A DNA stretch of 63,756 bases, counting the filler, from Neolecta irregularis DAH-3 (taxonomy: Eukaryota): NCBI GenBank assembly GCA_001929475.1. It is 7 parts of 7 records of this genome, joined end to end, with 100 filler letters (N's around TTAATTAATTAA, not from the genome) between each part and the next. Parts side by side here need not be neighbours in the genome. Positions count along the whole stretch, not along the records: positions 58,128 to 63,756 come from LXFE01000413.1; 6 more parts are not named here. One strand, written 5' to 3'. Position 1 is the stretch's first letter; the number at the start of each line of letters is the position of its first letter. The notes under the pieces are model-generated. The model was not told where the DNA came from and searched no databases. It saw nothing but the letters and a program-made list of their open reading frames with translations. Position numbers and translations under genes: made by a program. Below are positions 61,105 through 63,756 of this stretch, in pieces.

Positions 61105-62908
61105 ATGTGCGGCATCTTTTGTGTACACCGCTATGAAGGCAACATCCAGCAGTTCAAACCCACAGCACTGGCCTGTTCCAAAGCGTAATCATCCCGGATC
61201 CTTTTTTCTCTGATGGTCTTAGCATCCGGCATCGTGGGCCTGACTGGAGCGGCAACGTTATCAGAAAAAGCACAATTTTTTGCCATGAGCGTCTGGCAAT
61301 TGTAGGTGTCGACACCGGCGCGCAACCGCTGCTCAATGACGACGGCTCAATTGTTCTTGCCGTCAACGGCGAGATTTACAACCACAGGGATCTAAAGAAA
61401 ACGTTGAAACACATTCAAGAGTTTAAAACGCATTCAGATTGCGAAGTCATCATGTACCTGGTATCTAAGCTTTGAGCGACAACCTTTGATTTTTGTAGTA
61501 TCAGGAGCATGGACTAGACACTCCAAAGATGCTCGATGGGATGTTTTCGTTTGTTCTCCATGATATTGAAAAGGATCGAGTCATTGCAGCCCGTGATCCT
61601 ATTGGTATCACTACACTCTATCGAGGTTTTAGTTCTCGTATGCCGTCGACTGTTTTCTTTGCGAGCGAGCTAAAAGCTCTGCATTCTGTCTGCGATCGCA
61701 TCGAGACTTTTCCGCCAGGGCATGTGTTTGATTCATTGAGTATGGAGACAACTCGGTACTATCACCCATCTTGGTGGGACCCCCAACGGATACCTGTGGC
61801 GCCCGTTGATTTTGCAAAGTTGCGGGAGACTCTTACAAAGTCTGTTCGTAAACGTCTCATGTCTGAAGTGCCTTTTGGTGTACTCTTGTCTGGCGGGCTC
61901 GACAGTAGTCTTATTGCTGCAATTGCGTCTCGAGAGGCCGAGTCTGTTGCAAATGCTCAGCGACACAAGGGGACGGGGGAGGACATTGACGATGAATGCG
62001 CATCGTTGGCGGCGTGGCCTCGGCTACATTCTTTTTCGATTGGTCTTGCTGGATCGCCTGATTTGATTGCTGCACGCCAAGTTGCTCAGTTTCTGGGGAC
62101 TATTCACCATGAGCATACATTTACTATAGAGGAAGGATTGGACGCCTTGTCTGATGTCGTGTACCATCTTGAGACGTATGATGTTACGACGATTCGGGCG
62201 TCTACGCCCATGTATCTTTTGAGTCGAAAGATCAAGGCGCAAGGGGTCAAGATGGTTTTAAGTGGGGAGGGGAGTGATGAGATATTTGGAGGATATCTCT
62301 ACTTTCATGCGGCGCCTACTCCTGGAGATTTGCATAGTGAATGCGTGTCGCGTGTCAAGAATCTTCACTTGTCGGACTGTTTGAGGGCCAACAAGAGCAC
62401 TATGGCGTGGGGATTGGAGGGTATATTTTTGTTTTTTAATTATCTAATTGAAGCGCGGGTGCCATTTTTGGACAAGGAATTTTTAGAGGTTGCGATGGGG
62501 GTTGATCCTAGGGAGAAGATGTCCACGCCTGAGCGAATGGAAAAGTACATTCTTCGCAAGGCATTTGATACTAGTGATGATCCAAAGGCAAAACCGTACC
62601 TCCCTTCAGAGATACTGTGGCGGCAAAAGGAACAGTTTAGTGATGGGGTCGGGTATGGGTGGATTGATGCGCTCAAGGACCGAGCCGAGGTTGTGGTGAG
62701 TGATGAGCAGGTTAACAAACTGCCTATGGAGTGGCAAAGCGAGGAAAAGGGTATGACGAAAGAAGAGTATTGGTACCGGTCAATTTTTGCCGGGCTGTTT
62801 CCAGCTGCATGCGGGGCTACTGTGAAGCGGTGGGTCCCGCGAACAGACTGGCAGTGTCCACAAGATCCGAGTGGGCGGGCACAGAGGGTGCATCGACGGG
62901 CGTTGTAG
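61105..62908 (+). CDS. ASN1: Glutamine-hydrolysing asparagine synthetase (multi-exon)
   Basis: MCGIF start; [46 protein letters not shown]. Confidence 0.96.
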
Positions 62909-62987
62909 ACTATCTTAGTCCAGTATCGCGGGATTGCAGTTTTTGTCTGTAGCCAGAGTGCAGTTTCCGTCTGTAGACGGAGAGCAG

Positions 62988-63756
62988 ATGGCCGCACTCG
63001 CTGACGAGACAGGTTCGCTGCTGGCCATCTTCCCCGGCTGCATCGCGCCGGAGCCCAGCACGAGCACGAGCAACTACCGTGTCCAGCTGCCGCACTCGGC
63101 GGTCGCCTTCTCGCTATTCTTCCCTGCCAGCTACCCAGACGCGCCTCCCGTGCCCTCCCGCCCGCACGCAATCGCCCTCCCCGCCCTCGCCGCCGCCCTT
63201 GACCACGTCTTCCGCCCTGGCTGCGAGTGTCTCTACGACCTCTTTCTCCATCTGGGTGCTAGTACTGTAGGGACGAGTATTGCAGGGGCTGGTACAACAG
63301 GGGCTGGAGTGACTGGGACTACTACTACAGTGACTACAGTGACTGGGACTACTACAGGGACTACAGGGACTGGGACTACTACAGGGACTACAGTAACTGG
63401 GACTACTACTACAGGGACTACATGGACCACAGGGCCTACCACCACAACTACTCTAGAATTCGCCCTCTCAGAACCCCTCCTCTACCACAAATCCCTCTTT
63501 GTCGCCCGTGCAGTCGCGATATCCTCCCCCGCGCTCCTCGACACCGCCCTCAAATACATCCGCGCTCTCCCAAAAGTCGTAACCGCAACCCATCCTGCTA
63601 TCGCCGCCTGGCGCATATCCCCCTCAGACGGCTCGCCCCCCTCCAACGGCACCTCTCCTCTCTGCCCCTGCTGACCCCAGGCTACGACAACAACGGCGAG
63701 CCTCCCGCTGGCGCAAACCTCCTCCGCCTCCTGACCCGCCTCGTATCCCTCCCCCC
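62988..63756 (+). CDS. YIH1: IMPACT/Yih1 family protein (RWD + UPF0029); runs off the window end
   Basis: RWD-like FPASYPDAPP..G.ECLYD; KSLFVARA, ATHPAIAAWRI, and after an intron YDNNGEPPAG..LL.LL. Confidence 0.85.

Overview
Eukaryotic, gene-dense fungal scaffold with very short introns (about 33-50 nt) and six N-TTAATTAATTAA-N gap linkers. Gene content and architecture suggest an early-diverging ascomycete (Taphrinomycotina, Neolecta-like); this is an inference. Housekeeping genes: IES1-like, SVP26, an NCS1 permease, XKS1, clathrin heavy chain, SWS2, SEC61, MED12/SRB8, SLA2, OXP1, a MIT-domain protein, SUB1, a BRCT protein, iec1-like, GPN1, asparagine synthetase, YIH1, and an intron-containing tRNA-Ile(AAU). 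The most notable feature is a probable mating-type locus immediately downstream of SLA2. It pairs a MATA-type HMG-box gene (Mc/MAT1-2-1-like) with a TALE/HD1 homeodomain gene (Pi/alpha2-like), and a slightly diverged second copy of the SLA2 3' end lies about 9 kb away. Accessory DNA includes three ~195-bp solo LTRs with target-site duplications, a ~1-kb foldback element, pogo-like MITE ends, a decayed Ty3/Gypsy pol with CpG-type mutations, and a PRP8 pseudogene fragment. It also holds a putative secreted protein built from three intron-bearing domain repeats and two PAN-like secreted orphans. Several introns appear to need GC donors.
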